DNA of 60,076 bases, counting the filler, from Diploschistes diacapsis (taxonomy: Eukaryota): NCBI GenBank assembly GCA_023645945.1. It is 6 parts of 6 records of this genome, joined end to end, with 100 filler letters (N's around TTAATTAATTAA, not from the genome) between each part and the next. Parts side by side here need not be neighbours in the genome. Positions count along the whole stretch, not along the records: positions 10,070 to 20,002 come from JALAIB010000980.1; positions 20,103 to 30,024 come from JALAIB010000981.1; 4 more parts are not named here. One strand, written 5' to 3'. Under the pieces are notes generated by a model. The model had not been told where the DNA came from. It made no database searches and saw only the letters and a program-made list of their open reading frames with translations. Positions 11,468 to 24,379 of this stretch are shown here, piece after piece. A program made the position numbers and the translations under genes. Position 1 is the first letter of the stretch. The number at the start of each line of letters is the position of its first letter.

Positions 11468-14400
11468 ATGGAGGGCGTCATGCAGGGCGCATTCACACAT
11501 TTCGGTAATCATTTGATTTCCGATTCAGCTTCGACCATAAACGCCGGCGATGACCTCTCTACGATCGATCCAGACGAAAGTATCCTTGATTCCGAGTATG
11601 GAAAAGGCAACCTCAGTGGAGGGCCTAAGAGACGACGGCACGATGACGAGGAGACGGAGGCTTTTGAGGAGGACGACGACGCAGAGAGCATGATCAGTAT
11701 GCCTGTAGATGGCGCCAATGGGACTCGACCGGCCAAGCCTGAGGAAGAGAAGGAGCTCCCGCCACATGCTTGCGCGTAGGTTTACTCTTGAGAAAATTAA
11801 ATCCTAACATGCTGCTTACAATCACTATAAGGTACTGTGGCATCCAAAATCCAAGCAGTGTTGTTCGCTGCTTGACCTGCAGCAAGTGGTTCTGCAGCGC
11901 TCGCGGCAACACCTCTTCATCACACATCATCAACCACCTCGTCCGAGCGCGCCACAAAGAAGTACAGCTCCATCCTAGCTCGAATCTTGGCGATACTGTT
12001 CTCGAGTGCTACAATTGCGGCACGAAGAATGTTTTCCTGCTTGGCTTCATTCCTGCAAAGTCGGACACGGTCGTTGTGCTCCTCTGCCGCCAGCCTTGCG
12101 CTTCTCTACCCTCTTCAAAAGACATGAACTGGGACATTTCACGATGGCAGCCGCTGATTGAAGATCGGTCGTTCCTTTCGTGGCTAGTGGCCATGCCTTC
12201 GGATCAGGAGCAGCTGCGTGCTCGTCATCTGAGCCCTCAGATGATCGCAAAGCTGGAAGAGATGTGGAAAGACAATGCGCAAGCTACCATTTCAGACCTG
12301 GAGGCGGGCGCGGGAGTCGATGATGATCCAGCTCCCGTTCTGCTCCGCTACGATGATGCCTACCAATACCAGAATGTCTTCGGTCCACTAGTCAAGATCG
12401 AGGCAGACTACGACAAGAAATTAAAGGAAGCGCAGTCGCAAGACGGTCTCATCGTGCGCTGGGATTATGGCCTAAACAATAAGCATCTGGCTAGCTTTGT
12501 CCTCCCGAAGCTGGAGCTTGGCGACGTCAAGCTCGCAGTTGGTGACGAGATGCTACTTCGATACACAGGGGAGCTCCGGCCGCAGTGGGAAGGCGTAGGA
12601 TATGTCATCAAAATCCCCAACAACCAGTCCGACGAAGTCACAATAGAACTACGCACCAAGGGCGATCACAAATCCGTGCCGACAGAATGCACTCACAACT
12701 TTACCGCGGATTACGTTTGGAAAGCGACCTCCTTTGACCGCATGCAGGCTGCCATGAAGACTTTCGCCGTGGATGAGATGAGCGTTTCCGGCTACATCTT
12801 CCACCGTCTTCTTGGCCACGAAGTTGCCGCAGCGCCAATGAAGATCCAGATGCCCAAGAAGCACAGTGTCCCGGGCTTGCCGGAGCTTAATTCGAGCCAG
12901 ATTAATGCTGTAAAGAGCGTTCTGCAGAAGCCGCTGAGCTTGATCCAAGGCCCTCCAGGTACCGGAAAGACTGTGACTTCGGCTACGATCATCTATCACC
13001 TTGCCAAGATTAACGGCGGACAAGTGCTAGTCTGCGCCCCCTCCAACGTTGCTGTCGATCAGCTTTGTGAGCGCATTCATCGAACAGGCCTCAAGACCGT
13101 GCGAGTCACGGCAAAGTCCCGCGAGGATGTTGAATCTTCCGTTGGCTTTCTCTCGCTTCATGAGCAAGTTCGCATGAACGACAGCAACATTGAGCTTATC
13201 AAGCTCACTCAGCTCAAAAACGAGCTGGGTGAGCTTTCCAGCCAGGATGAGAAGAAATTCAAACAATTGACGCGTGCTGCCGAGCGGGAGATCCTCACCA
13301 ACGCCGACGTCATATGCTGTACTTGCGTCGGTGCCGGAGATCCTCGCATTTCCAAGTTCAAGTTTCGAACAGTCTTGATTGACGAATCGACCCAGTCGGC
13401 GGAACCAGAGTGCATGATTCCACTCGTCTTGGGTTGCAAGCAGGTTGTTTTGGTTGGTGATCATCAGCAGCTCGGTCCGGTGATCATGAACAAGAAGGCT
13501 GCCAAGGCAGGCTTGAACCAGTCCCTCTTTGAGCGTCTGGTTATTCTCGGCTGCGCTCCAATTCGCCTGAACGTGCAGTACCGTATGCACCCTTGTCTGT
13601 CCGAGTTCCCCTCCAACATGTTCTACGAGGGGTCCCTTCAGAACGGTGTAACGATGCAACAGCGCATCCGACGGGATGTGGACTTTCCTTGGCCGGTTAA
13701 CGATGCGCCGATGATGTTCTGGTCCAACCTCGGAAATGAAGAGATATCTGCATCTGGCACATCATACCTCAACCGTACCGAAGCTTCGAATGTGGAGAAG
13801 ATCATTACCCGGTTCTTCAAAGCTGGCGTGCAGCCAGGCGACATCGGTATCATCACACCATACGAGGGACAACGCAGTTACGTCGTGCAGTCAATGCAAC
13901 AGAACGGCACGTTCAAGAAGGAAAATTACAAGGAGATTGAAGTTGCTTCGGTCGATGCTTTTCAGGGTAGGGAAAAGGACTACATCGTCCTATCCTGCGT
14001 GCGTTCCAATGATCACCAAGGCATTGGTTTCTTGAGCGACCCACGCCGCCTCAACGTGGCCTTGACTCGTGCCAAGTACGGGTTGGTCATCTTGGGAAAT
14101 CCCAAAGTCTTGTCGAAGCATCCTCTATGGCACCATCTACTTGTTCACTTCAAGGAGCGCAACTGCCTAGTCGAGGGTCCCTTGTCAAACCTGCAGGTCT
14201 CGCTCCTACAGTTCAGCCGGCCCAAACAGACCTACCGGGGTCCACAACGCTACCAAATGTCGTACCAGCACGCCAACCAAATGCTCGGTAATATTGGCAA
14301 TATGCCAAATGGGCGCAGCATGGCCCGCCAGGACTACAGTGAAGCTGGTTCTGTGGTTGGCTACATCCCCGACGATGTCTCCTCGGTGCAGTCTTCGTCT

Positions 14401-14760
14401 GTCGGAGGTGTCGGCATCCCTTCTGCCTATCCGCAGATGTTCTCCAGCTTCAGGGATAACTGGCCTGCAGTCAATGCCGGTCGCCGCCTGAACGGGACGA
14501 AGAGCCGTGCCACCGAAAGCGTTGCTGGCGAGTCCGTCGCAACCGAGTCGGACATCACCGGTCCTCCGAGCACTGTTGACGGCAAAGGTGGTGTCAGTCT
14601 CGCAGGTCTTACCATCAACGACGCGAAGCATCCGAGTCTCAGCCAATCCGACCGCCTGAAACGCTATGTTGAGTCTGGCGGGAACCTGGCCAGGGATGAA
14701 GATGCTCGCAGCATCTCTACGGCCTTTGCCAGTCAGGTCGGACTAGGAAGCTACGACTGA
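11468..14760 (+). CDS. NAM7: Regulator of nonsense transcripts 1 (Upf1 RNA helicase), one intron near 11776-11831
   Basis: [13 protein letters not shown] zinc domain ([16 protein letters not shown]), [42 protein letters not shown]. Confidence 0.97.
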
Positions 14761-16205
14761 TGGAGCTGGTGAAGTACCCAAGGCAAGAGTTCCGAGGTTT
14801 TCAGAAGCCCATGATTCGGAAAGTCAGTCAGCCACCAAAGGCAAGCTGTGACCTGCAGACGAGAAGCTCAGGAGGCCTCAACCATCCAAGCCAACCCTCA
14901 ACCCAAACTCAACATCTCGAGCGAGAGCAAGGGCTGCACTCTGAACAATGCACGCCTACCAGAAGCCCGCGAGGCCGACATTTCAAAGGGGGTGGGGGAG
15001 GTGAAACCCGGGATAGGAAGAGCGTTGCATTAGCGGTAGGATAGGGTGGAAGACCAGTTCAGCTGGGCTGGGATAGACGAACAAATTTGACATTCAGGAG
15101 ATCCTGGGGTGTATTTTTTGCAGCTGCAGTAGTAGCCGTCTATCATTTGCATGCACTTCTGCAGTCGCTCATTTGTGTTGGGGGGGGGGGAATTGCGGTA
15201 TTAATAATGGCGGTGCGGGGCTGGAGGCGGTGAAGGTCGATGAGCTTTTTGCTTTTCAAAAGTACCTGCATGCGATTGCTTTTTAAGTTGTCAGGCAAAA
15301 AATTACCGTCGTTACCTAGGTAGGCAGTCAATAGCCCTCTCAAATTACCACGGCACATTCGTTGAAATGATGTTGCATCGCCATGAGGCTCTTTCTAAGC
15401 GTGCCCATTCTATCTTGTCGCTTTCCAAGGACATACTCCGCGTCCGACCGACCGAATCCTTACTAAAGGGAAAAACTCGTCGGACAATTGGAGGTATATG
15501 AGTGTATCTTTACGATCTCACCATCAAATAATCTATATGCAAGGATCTTGTCTCGAAAGCAACTAGCGCAGTAAGATCAAACTGCAATCGGAGATTGTCC
15601 TATCCGAAATCTAATCTCAAGGAGAAGTTGAGGGGAAAGCATGGACCGTTGATCAATTCATAAAATGAAGCTTACTCTGTTCGGATCACTCCCAGTATAC
15701 TTTACCGCATCGAGCGAAGAAACCCCCTCTTTAGGGCTGGCAAGCTCCAAGCTAATCTAAGAGCTGCAGCCGCTAATCATTAAAAGGCATGAAAACGGTA
15801 GGCCCCATGCCTAGACAGGAAGGCCGCTCCACCGATCCCTCGCGGTGCTTTTGCCGGATTCGTCAAAAGAGGACCGAGCCGGCTCAAACGCTAGGCTGTC
15901 TTTGCGACGCGTATCAGGAACCAGGGCCGCATGGCTCTCATGCTTCCAGCGACACCGGATTCCTGCGCCTGCCAATTGAGGCGGCATCTTTGGGTAAGTG
16001 CTGGGGCGAGAAAGGTGGGCACAGATCGGCAGAAATTAGCAGTGTCATGGTGGTGCCTACTTTTTTGACTGTTTGGGATGGCTGTCTCTTTTTCCAGCAA
16101 TTTTTCCAGCAACTCCCTATACCCTGTCTCTTGCTTCTGGTTTTTGTTTTTCTTGTTTGCGCCTACATTCTCTCTGCTCGATACCCTATATCGACGGGAA
16201 ACAGC

Positions 16206-17273
16206 ATGACCTCCATAAGCAATGGCCAGCCCAAGCCCGCAGCCATGAACGGCAATGCGAAAAACGCTACAAAGCCAGAAGGCCCATCACGCGAGTTCTC
16301 TGGCACCGTTAAAGTGTCGCAGAGACCACCGTCGAAAATGGACCTCGAGAAAGTCGCCGAGCTCCCGGTCCTCGACTCGAACGGCAAATCGCGAACCTTC
16401 AAATATCTCTACTCCGATCCCGAGCATGCAGGCCACCGCACACTAATCATCTTCATCCGGCACTTCTTCTGCGGAGTACGCCCCTCCTTCCTCCCTAGCC
16501 AAGCCCTCGAGCACCATAACAACTCAACTAACAAAGTCCCCCCACAGAACTGCCAAGAATACCTCCGCACCCTCTGCTCCTCCATCAGCCCGTCCTCCCT
16601 TTCCTCGCTCCCAACCCCGACCTCCATCGTCGTCGTCGGCTGCGGCTCCCCCGACCTGATCCCCTTCTACGCTTCCGCCTCCTCCTGCCACTTCCCCGTC
16701 TACGCGGACTCGACGCGCGCCCTCTACGAGCAGCTACACATGATCAGCACCAAATCCCTCGGCCCCAAGCGGCCCGCGTACCAGCAGCGCTCGCTCATCT
16801 CCATATCGCTGGAGAGTATATACCAGGGTCTGTCGCGGGGACGGCAGGCATTCAAGGGCGGCGACTTTTGGCAGGTGGGGGGCGAGTTTTTGATTGAGCG
16901 GGAAGAGGTGAGGTGGTGCCATCGGATGACCAGTACGAGGGATCACACGGAGGTGCCGGAGTTGAGGAGGGTGTTGGGGCTGGACGACGCCGGGCCGCCG
17001 CCGAGGCCGAAGAGGTGGAGTATGGGTCCGGGGGTCGTGCTGGGGTTGGGGAGTGGAAGCGGAAATGGGGGCGAAGGTTTGCACAGTGGGAGTGGGGGCA
17101 TGAAGAGGAGTTTGAGTCTGAGGTCGAGGAGCTGGAGGAGGGGTGGGAGTAGGTCAACGGAGAGGAAGAGGAGTGCAGAGAAGGTGCTGGTGGAGAGGCA
17201 GGGGGAGAAGGAGAATCTGGCGGATGGGACGGAGGGGCCTGGTGCGACGGAGGTTGAGGGGGCTAAAGCTTGA
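16206..17273 (+). CDS. AhpC/TSA_2 (peroxiredoxin-like 2 / thioredoxin-like) protein, intron 16476-16547
   Basis: LPVLDSNG, LIIFIRHFFCG|NCQEYL (CxxC after splicing), VVVGCG, FPVYAD, QVGGEFL, WCHRM..TRDHTE. Confidence 0.85.
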   Translation: MTSISNGQPKPAAMNGNAKNATKPEGPSREFSGTVKVSQRPPSKMDLEKVAELPVLDSNGKSRTFKYLYSDPEHAGHRTLIIFIRHFFCGVRPSFLPSQALEHHNNSTNKVPPQNCQEYLRTLCSSISPSSLSSLPTPTSIVVVGCGSPDLIPFYASASSCHFPVYADSTRALYEQLHMISTKSLGPKRPAYQQRSLISISLESIYQGLSRGRQAFKGGDFWQVGGEFLIEREEVRWCHRMTSTRDHTEVPELRRVLGLDDAGPPPRPKRWSMGPGVVLGLGSGSGNGGEGLHSGSGGMKRSLSLRSRSWRRGGSRSTERKRSAEKVLVERQGEKENLADGTEGPGATEVEGAKA

Positions 17274-18476
17274 AGACAGGGGTGGTGGCACTGTGCTACG
17301 GGTAGTTATACGGGAATGCGGGATGATGCTGTTACCCCGACCTGCATCGAATGCTCTCCACATCTCATTCTGGCGAAGAGAAGCTGCAGCAGACGGAAAG
17401 AGTGGACTACAGAGCGCTTCACTTCTCTGAGATATTTATTTCGGACATGCATTACGGGCTTCTTCAGCTAGCTTTTCCCATGCTTTTATGAATGACGGAT
17501 ATACAATGCCAGCATTCTGCTCCCTCTACTCTATGCTTCTAGCTTGAAGCATCCTGCTTCTTAGTCTGCTGCACAACAAGCTACGCCTAATACATTATTT
17601 GGCAGTATCCCTGTGACCGTTGCAATGGGACCAGGATAGGCTTAGAGGGCGGCGTCGCGGCTATACCCGAACAGGCGTTATTGAACGGCCCCTTCAAAGA
17701 TACTGCTCAATCTTTTACATTCACCGAACAGTAAGGAAGCTACTAAAAAAACCTTACAATAATGATACTAAAATATAGCTTTCCTTCTGCGCTACATTTT
17801 AATACAAAAAATTTATCTTAGAAGCTATTCAAGTGGCTCACAGCTTTACAGTTCAAAGTAATATAAATATATCAAATGTGAAAAGGGGGTGGAGTGACGA
17901 TAACTCATCTCATGTTTATTTTATGGATGCACTTTATTCCGGAAAACCCCCTGCCTGCTTAGTCTCGTTCTTTCCACACCTGCGTCATCTGAAGATGCAT
18001 CTCGTAGTTGAAAAATCCATGGTGGCAAATTTTCAATGTTCCTCAAAGACAGCATGTCGGACGCACAACTTGTTCAAATGTGGGCTATATATGAAAAGGC
18101 GGGTGTCACGGGGAAAAGCAAGTTCTTCCTTCGGTGTCAATGAAGGTCTTTTTTTCCTGGGTCAAAATGCATTCCGTGTTCAATCCAACCTGAACTGCTC
18201 AACAGTGGGGGAACAAGGTGCCGGTTATCCAGTACCAGAATGAGCATTTTCTATGGCCGGCCCAGATAGTCGTCCTCTGGAGAAGAGAAAGTCGCGCCAT
18301 ATGAGCTCTTTTAATTTCCTTTGCAATTCTCTACGGGTGAGATTCCTGCAATCTCTATTTCTCTGTCGTGCCCAGGAAGCACTTGCCAGCTTGTAATCTC
18401 GTCCTTGTTTCCTGTGGCGTCTGCATCATCTTCGATCTGATGTGTGGGAATTCATATTGCACATACGGTAGTCCTA

Positions 18477-20002
18477 ATGACTCCGATGACCTTTGGGCCT
18501 GCAGCATCCTCGAGGCAGGAATCAAGCGCGACATTGGTGGACCAGCAGGCTAACAACCAAGATGGCTCGTCTCAATCGGCCAACAAGCAGCGCAAGCTTG
18601 TGCGGTTCGAGCATGGAGATCCGGAGAACCCCTACAACTGGTCAAGTGTATGCCCCCCCGAACCTTCCCAATATCCGCTGTCCATACCGCATACTCAACC
18701 CCCCCTATCCCTCCCCCAACTGAAACTTCTCTCCAGGCCAAGAAAATCTACATCCTCCTCACCGGCATCCTCAGCGTCCTCAACAGCACCCTCGGATCCT
18801 CCCTCCCCGCCGGCATCACCCCGCTCTTTCCCTCCATCTTCTCCCTCTCCCCATCTAATACTCTGATCCTCTCCATGCCAATAACGACCTACCTCCTCGG
18901 CTACGTTCTCGCCCCGCTACTCTTTGGCCCTCTTAGCGAAACCTACGGTCGGCGTCCTGTTATGCTTTACACCTTTCTGTCCTACACGCTTTTCACCCTC
19001 CTGACCCCTTTCTCACCAAATTATACGGCACTCAACATCTTCCGCTTCCTTACCGGCCTCTCCGCCTCCGCGCCCATAGCCGTAACTGGCGGTATATACG
19101 CCGACATCTTCTCCGACCCCGTAGTCCGGGGCCGAGCAATGGCCGCATTCATGGCCTCTACCGCCTTCGGCCCAACCATCGTCGGCCCACTCATATCCGG
19201 CTACCTAGGCTTAGTCTCCTGGAAGCTCCCCTTCTTTACCGCGCTCGCCATCGCCGGCATCACCCTCCCCCCGCTTTTCCTTATGCCCGAAACTTACGGC
19301 CCCCTCCTCCTTCTCCGGCGCGCGCGCCACCTCCGCAAAACCAACCCCTCCGCCGCCACCACCACCACCATCTTCGCCCCGCTCGAACTCGAAGCCGGCA
19401 GCCCGCGGGACATCGCCACGCGCGTCCTCACGCGGCCCTTCCGCATGTTCTTCACCGAGAAAATGGTGCTCTTCACCTGCCTCTACACCGCTCTCATCTA
19501 TGCCATCTTCTACCTCTACTTCGAAGCCTACCCACTCATCTTCCAAACCGCCTCTCCATCCGGCTACAACCTCTCCGCAGGCCCCGCAAGCCTCACATTC
19601 GTCCCCATCAGCGCCGGCAGCATCCTCAGCTTCCCCATCTTCATCGCCTACGATGCCTACCTGCGCCGCGCGCAGCGCCTTCGCCGGAAATGGGCGGCCC
19701 GGTACGAGGCGCGGCGCCTGCCGCTTGCCTTTATCGGCGGGCCGTTGATCAGCGCGTCGATCTTTTGGCTCGCGCTGACGAGCGACCCCGGTAGGTTTTC
19801 GGACCCGGTGCTGCCGGCGCTGGCGGGCCTGCCGTATGGGGTCGGCTTCGTGCTGATTTTCATGGCGCTGCTGAATTACCTGACGGATGCGTATGGTGCG
19901 TATGCGGCGTCGGCGCTTGCGGCGGCGAGCTGCACGCGGAGTTTGGCGGGGGCGCTGTTGCCGCTTGCGGCGGGGAGTATGTATGGGAGACTGGGGACTA
20001 GG
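18477..20002 (+). CDS. MFS multidrug transporter (DHA1 family); 3' truncated at contig end
   Basis: GDPENPYNWS (donor GTATGC, acceptor CAG) AKK; FGPLSETYGRRPV, FRFLTG, GGIYADIF, MPETY, EARRLP, NYLTDAY. Confidence 0.92.
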
Positions 20003-20102
20003 NNNNNNNNNNNNNNNNNNNNNNNNNNNNNNNNNNNNNNNNNNNNTTAATTAATTAANNNNNNNNNNNNNNNNNNNNNNNNNNNNNNNNNNNNNNNNNN
20101 NN
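20003..20102. other. Artificial 100-nt contig spacer
   Basis: N run containing TTAATTAATTAA. Confidence 0.98.
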
Positions 20103-20527
20103 CCCCCCCCCCCCCCGGGGGCCGCTGGGGAGAAGCCTTAACTACTGGCTACTAGTTCTAACTAACTCGAAAGGGAAACACGCCGACTCCCAAAGCCTCA
20201 CCTCTTCCTCTTTCCCTCCCTCTTCACGAGCCCTCTTCAAGCATCAAGCTTACCACGACGACGACGACGACGACGAGGTTCGTCACCTTCCATTCACCGC
20301 TATTCTTTCGACGTGATCTCGTGGTCAAATCAATCGTCACTCACGTCGATTTAGCGGATGCCTGTGTCCTTTCCGGGATCGCTTTCTTACTCCTCGCAAT
20401 TCCGAGTGAAAACCTTGTCGGCTATCTGGATCACCACTGCCTTTTTACCATTATCATCCACCAGGCAGCTTGTTCATGATATAACTGCTACCTTCACTCT
20501 GTTTCGCAACCGAGGATCGTTTTTTGG

Positions 20528-22091
20528 ATGGCCACCTCATCGTCGAATGTGGTGGGGGTGCATTACCGGGTTGGCAAGAAGATTGGCGAAGGGTCTTTTG
20601 GCGTGATATTCGAAGGAACGAACCTTTTGAACAACCAGCAAGTTGCCATCAAATTCGTGAGTGCCAGCATGGAGCGTACTTGGCCTGGTCTTACTATGTC
20701 CTGCTTAGGAACCGAGAAAGAGCGATGCACCTCAACTTCGGGATGAGTATCGGACCTACAAGATCCTTGTTGGATGCCGTAAGTGTTAATCCATCTCCAC
20801 TCAACTTAGCCATATCTGACATGGGTAGCTGGTATTCCAAACGTCTATTATTTCGGCCAAGAAGGCCTTCACAACATCCTCGTCATAGATCTCCTCGGCC
20901 CTTCACTCGAAGACCTATTCGACCATTGTAACCGAAGATTCTCGACAAAGACCGTCGTCATGGTCGCCAAGCAGATGGTCTGTCTCCATCTCAGATGATC
21001 GATGCCATGGCTAATTGAGATGCAGTTGTCGAGAGTGCAAACAATCCACGAAAAGAATCTAATCTACAGAGATATTAAACCAGACAATTTCCTTATCGGC
21101 CGACCTGGCTCTAAATCCGCCAATGTAATTCATGTTGTCGACTTCGGTATGGCCAAGCAGTACAGAGATCCCAAGACCAAGCAGCACATCCCATACAGAG
21201 AGCGCAAATCATTATCCGGCACGGCTAGGTATATGAGTATCAACACGCACTTGGGTCGAGAACAGTCCCGCCGTGACGATCTTGAGGCTTTGGGCCATGT
21301 CTTCATGTATTTCCTCCGCGGTGGATTACCGTGGCAGGGTTTAAAAGCCGCTACCAACAAGCAAAAGTACGAGAAGATTGGAGAGAAGAAACAGACCACT
21401 GCAATCAAAGACCTCTGCGACGGATTTCCAGGTATGGTCAGCCACGTTGATATATCTGTGGGTTGCTTATTTTAATGCAGAAGAGTTCAACAAGTATCTG
21501 AGTTACGTACGAAACCTCGGATTCGAAGACACTCCAGACTATGACTACCTCCGCGATCTATTCACCCAGGCGTTGAAAAACACCGGCGAGATCGAGGATG
21601 GCGAGTATGACTGGATGAAATTAAACAATGGTAAAGGATGGGAGGCCATGAAGCACAATCCGAGCCAATACCTCACTGCCGCTCACCATGCACCAAACTC
21701 TTCGGCAAAAGCACTCGCCCCAGGACAGGGCACTCAGCGGGGACCGCCAACGCCAGGAATCAACAACGAGCGTTTAAATGCCCCGCAGCCCCCTCCCCCG
21801 TCGCCGGGAAAACCCGTGGTGGGCAAGACACGCGAGCGGCTAGGCGGCTCCGCCGGAGCGCCACCAAAGCGTCAAAGTGGGGTGGGGGGGCCAGGCGACG
21901 CCGCAACACCAACGGTGTCGACCCAAGCACAGTTCCAGACAAGCACGGCGAACCTGCCACACCGTATGAGCCAGGGTCCGGGCGCCACCTTGGGTCAGCA
22001 AGCCACGCAGCAAAGCGCTAGGCAACAGATGTCGGAGCAGAAGCCGACTGCGATGCAGAAACTGGCGAAGGTTTTCTGCTGTAGTCGGTAG
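20528..22091 (+). CDS. YCK2: Casein kinase I, Yck/CK1-gamma type (four introns), with C-terminal Cys-Cys palmitoylation motif
   Basis: [65 protein letters not shown]; ends KVFCCSR*. Confidence 0.93.
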
Positions 22092-22192
22092 CCGCAGCGT
22101 CTGTTCATCATGAGCTTCTGAACCGCAGTCACCATAATCATGAGGCCTGTTGGACATTGGAAAAGTTTGTCATCTGAACGTACCCGTCTACT

Positions 22193-22253
22193 TTGGGCAT
22201 CAATTCGTCTCGCACCCTTGGGCATCAATTCGTCTCGCACCCTTGGGCATCAA
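22193..22253 (+). repeat. 25-bp tandem repeat (about 2.4 copies) downstream of the CK1 stop codon
   Basis: TTGGGCATCAATTCGTCTCGCACCC twice, plus a partial copy TTGGGCATCAA. Confidence 0.95.
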
Positions 22254-23184
22254 ATTCCGGTCGGGACATTCTTCTAGCATCTCACACAAGATCGAGACCG
22301 GCTACACCGTCACTGCACTATCGGGGCTCTGCTTTCCCTCGAAGGCCTCGCCCAAGCGCCTGCTGTGGTCTATCTCCTGTCGCGAAGTCATCTACAACTC
22401 TTCCGGTCCGCTCCCAAGCGACATTTTCTTTGTTGACGCCATGATTTACGATGATAATTATTATCTGGCCTGGTCACACCGGTGTTCGGCGGTTACCTCT
22501 TGCACACTTGACATCAAAACACCTTCACTCTCCCTCACCACGCATACGACTGCCCCGATCAATACATTTAAAACGAAAGGCTTAAACTTTTAAACCCGAT
22601 AGCAAGCTAAGGCGTTTGGTGATGAGCCCACCTTCTCTTGAACGGTTTCTATCGGAGCATATGGAAAGGAGAGGTAACCGTAGGAACCAACCATTCTCGA
22701 ATCATTTCAAACATCGCGGAGGCTCGACCGAGGGAGAACCTGGATGCGTTTGCGAAGCGGGTACATGGGACAAAAGGCCAGAGGATGCATCAAGGATGTG
22801 GACCGCGGACGGATGCTGAAGAGGGAGAAGTGTAGCCGGCATGCTCGAGGCGGTTGTAATACGTAATATCAGTTCCTTACACGGAGAGAGTAGGCAGGCA
22901 GCTCAAGTATGATGATACGAACGGGAAGCCTTGTCCCGATTTCATCTAATGTTCGCCACATCTACCCCGATCCCGCAGCTTGCGTGCATAACTCTAGTCT
23001 ACTAACCTATGTACAACTTTCGTACCACCTTTCGCCCAGCAAGCCTCTCAATCCTTCGTCGTGAAGACACAGAGCCCCTTGAGAGACGGCCAAAGCGGTC
23101 ATCTGCCCCTGTTCGTTCCCCCTCAGGCTTGAAACTAACATTTGCCCCCCACCTCGTCCACGCATGTTCCTACCCACGAGGTCC

Positions 23185-24379
23185 TCAAACCGTCCCCTGA
23201 TCCTCGGCCCTCAGCCTGACCTCCTCCCCGGGCTTGAACGCCGGCAAGCCGATATACGGACAGCCGTCGCACCGGAACGCGTCGCCGAGCGCGCAGTTGT
23301 TGCAGCTCCCCACTTTCCCCTGCACCGTGAAGTCGACCTCTGCGTCTGCGAGGTCGGCTGTTGAGAGGAGCGCCACCTTCGTGTTTCCTGCGGCTGTTGT
23401 CGCTGACGGGGGGTTTGGGGCGCCGTTGGCCGGGTTGGAGAGGGCGTGCAGGTCGGTGTCGGCCTTGGCGCGGCGGGCGCGGTCTTCGGCTTCGAGGCGC
23501 GCGGCGAGGCCGCAAGTGCAGTCTTTGCAGGCACGGCGGCGCTTGCCGGGTTTGGGGGCGCATTCGGGGGCTGTGTGGGGGAGGAGTCTGAGTCAGTAAG
23601 GGCTCTTCAAGGTGGATGGATAGGGAGGAGGGAGGTCAGACGGGGGTTGGAGAGGACTTACGTTGCTGGACTGGCCGCATGAGGTCTTCTTCCGTGAGGA
23701 GCGTGTCCTCGTCTATCAGTTCGTCGTCGCCGTCGGAGTCGTCGCCGTCGAGCTCGATTGGGACGTCGAGGTCGTCCGAGAAGTCGACAAAGCCTACGCC
23801 TGCGGGGGCGGTGGTGGCGGATGGAATAGTGGTGCCGTTCATTGTGCCGTTTGCGCGCTTGCCATTTGCATTGAGCGGATCAGTCGCCGCGCCCGTGCCT
23901 GTAACAATTGTGGTTGCGGCGGACCCACCATTGGCCTTGCTCTTGCCGAGGCGTAGCGGTACGGACGTAGCTGCAGCCTCGGGCTTCCTTGCTATTCCGG
24001 GCTCGCCGTCGCTCACGACTAGCCCCGCTAGGATGGCTTCTCTTCTCTCCGCCTCGTTCTCGGCGCTTGCGAACCTCCTGTCCTGGCTTTGTATAGAGCC
24101 GCCTGGCTTCAGTGCTGTTACTAGCGCTAATAGCACGTCTCGAGACAATAGTTTCTGATATTCATGGCGCGAATTGTCGGCGTCCGACAGAAGGAGGATA
24201 GTGTCGTATGTGGAGGTGGGGAGCGAGACTAGGTTTAGGGAAAGGCGGTCGAGCATTTGCATATCTGTGGCGTTCCGGTCATGTGCTTCAAGAAGGGCGG
24301 ATAGCCGTTCGGGATGTGAGGATATCGAGGGAGGGCTGAGGAGGAGAGTTCGGGGCGAGAACGGTAGGGAAGGCATCAT
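23185..24379 (-). CDS. DRE2: Fe-S cluster assembly protein Dre2 (anamorsin), intron 23571-23661; true start may be the ATG at 24533
   Basis: [79 protein letters not shown]. Confidence 0.93.

Noticed and set aside
17640..17850. AT-rich patch with weakly inverted ends
   Set aside because: The inverted match is too short and gapped to call a transposon.
22193..22253. CRISPR-like direct repeats
   Set aside because: Units are contiguous with no spacers, the context is eukaryotic, and there are no cas genes.
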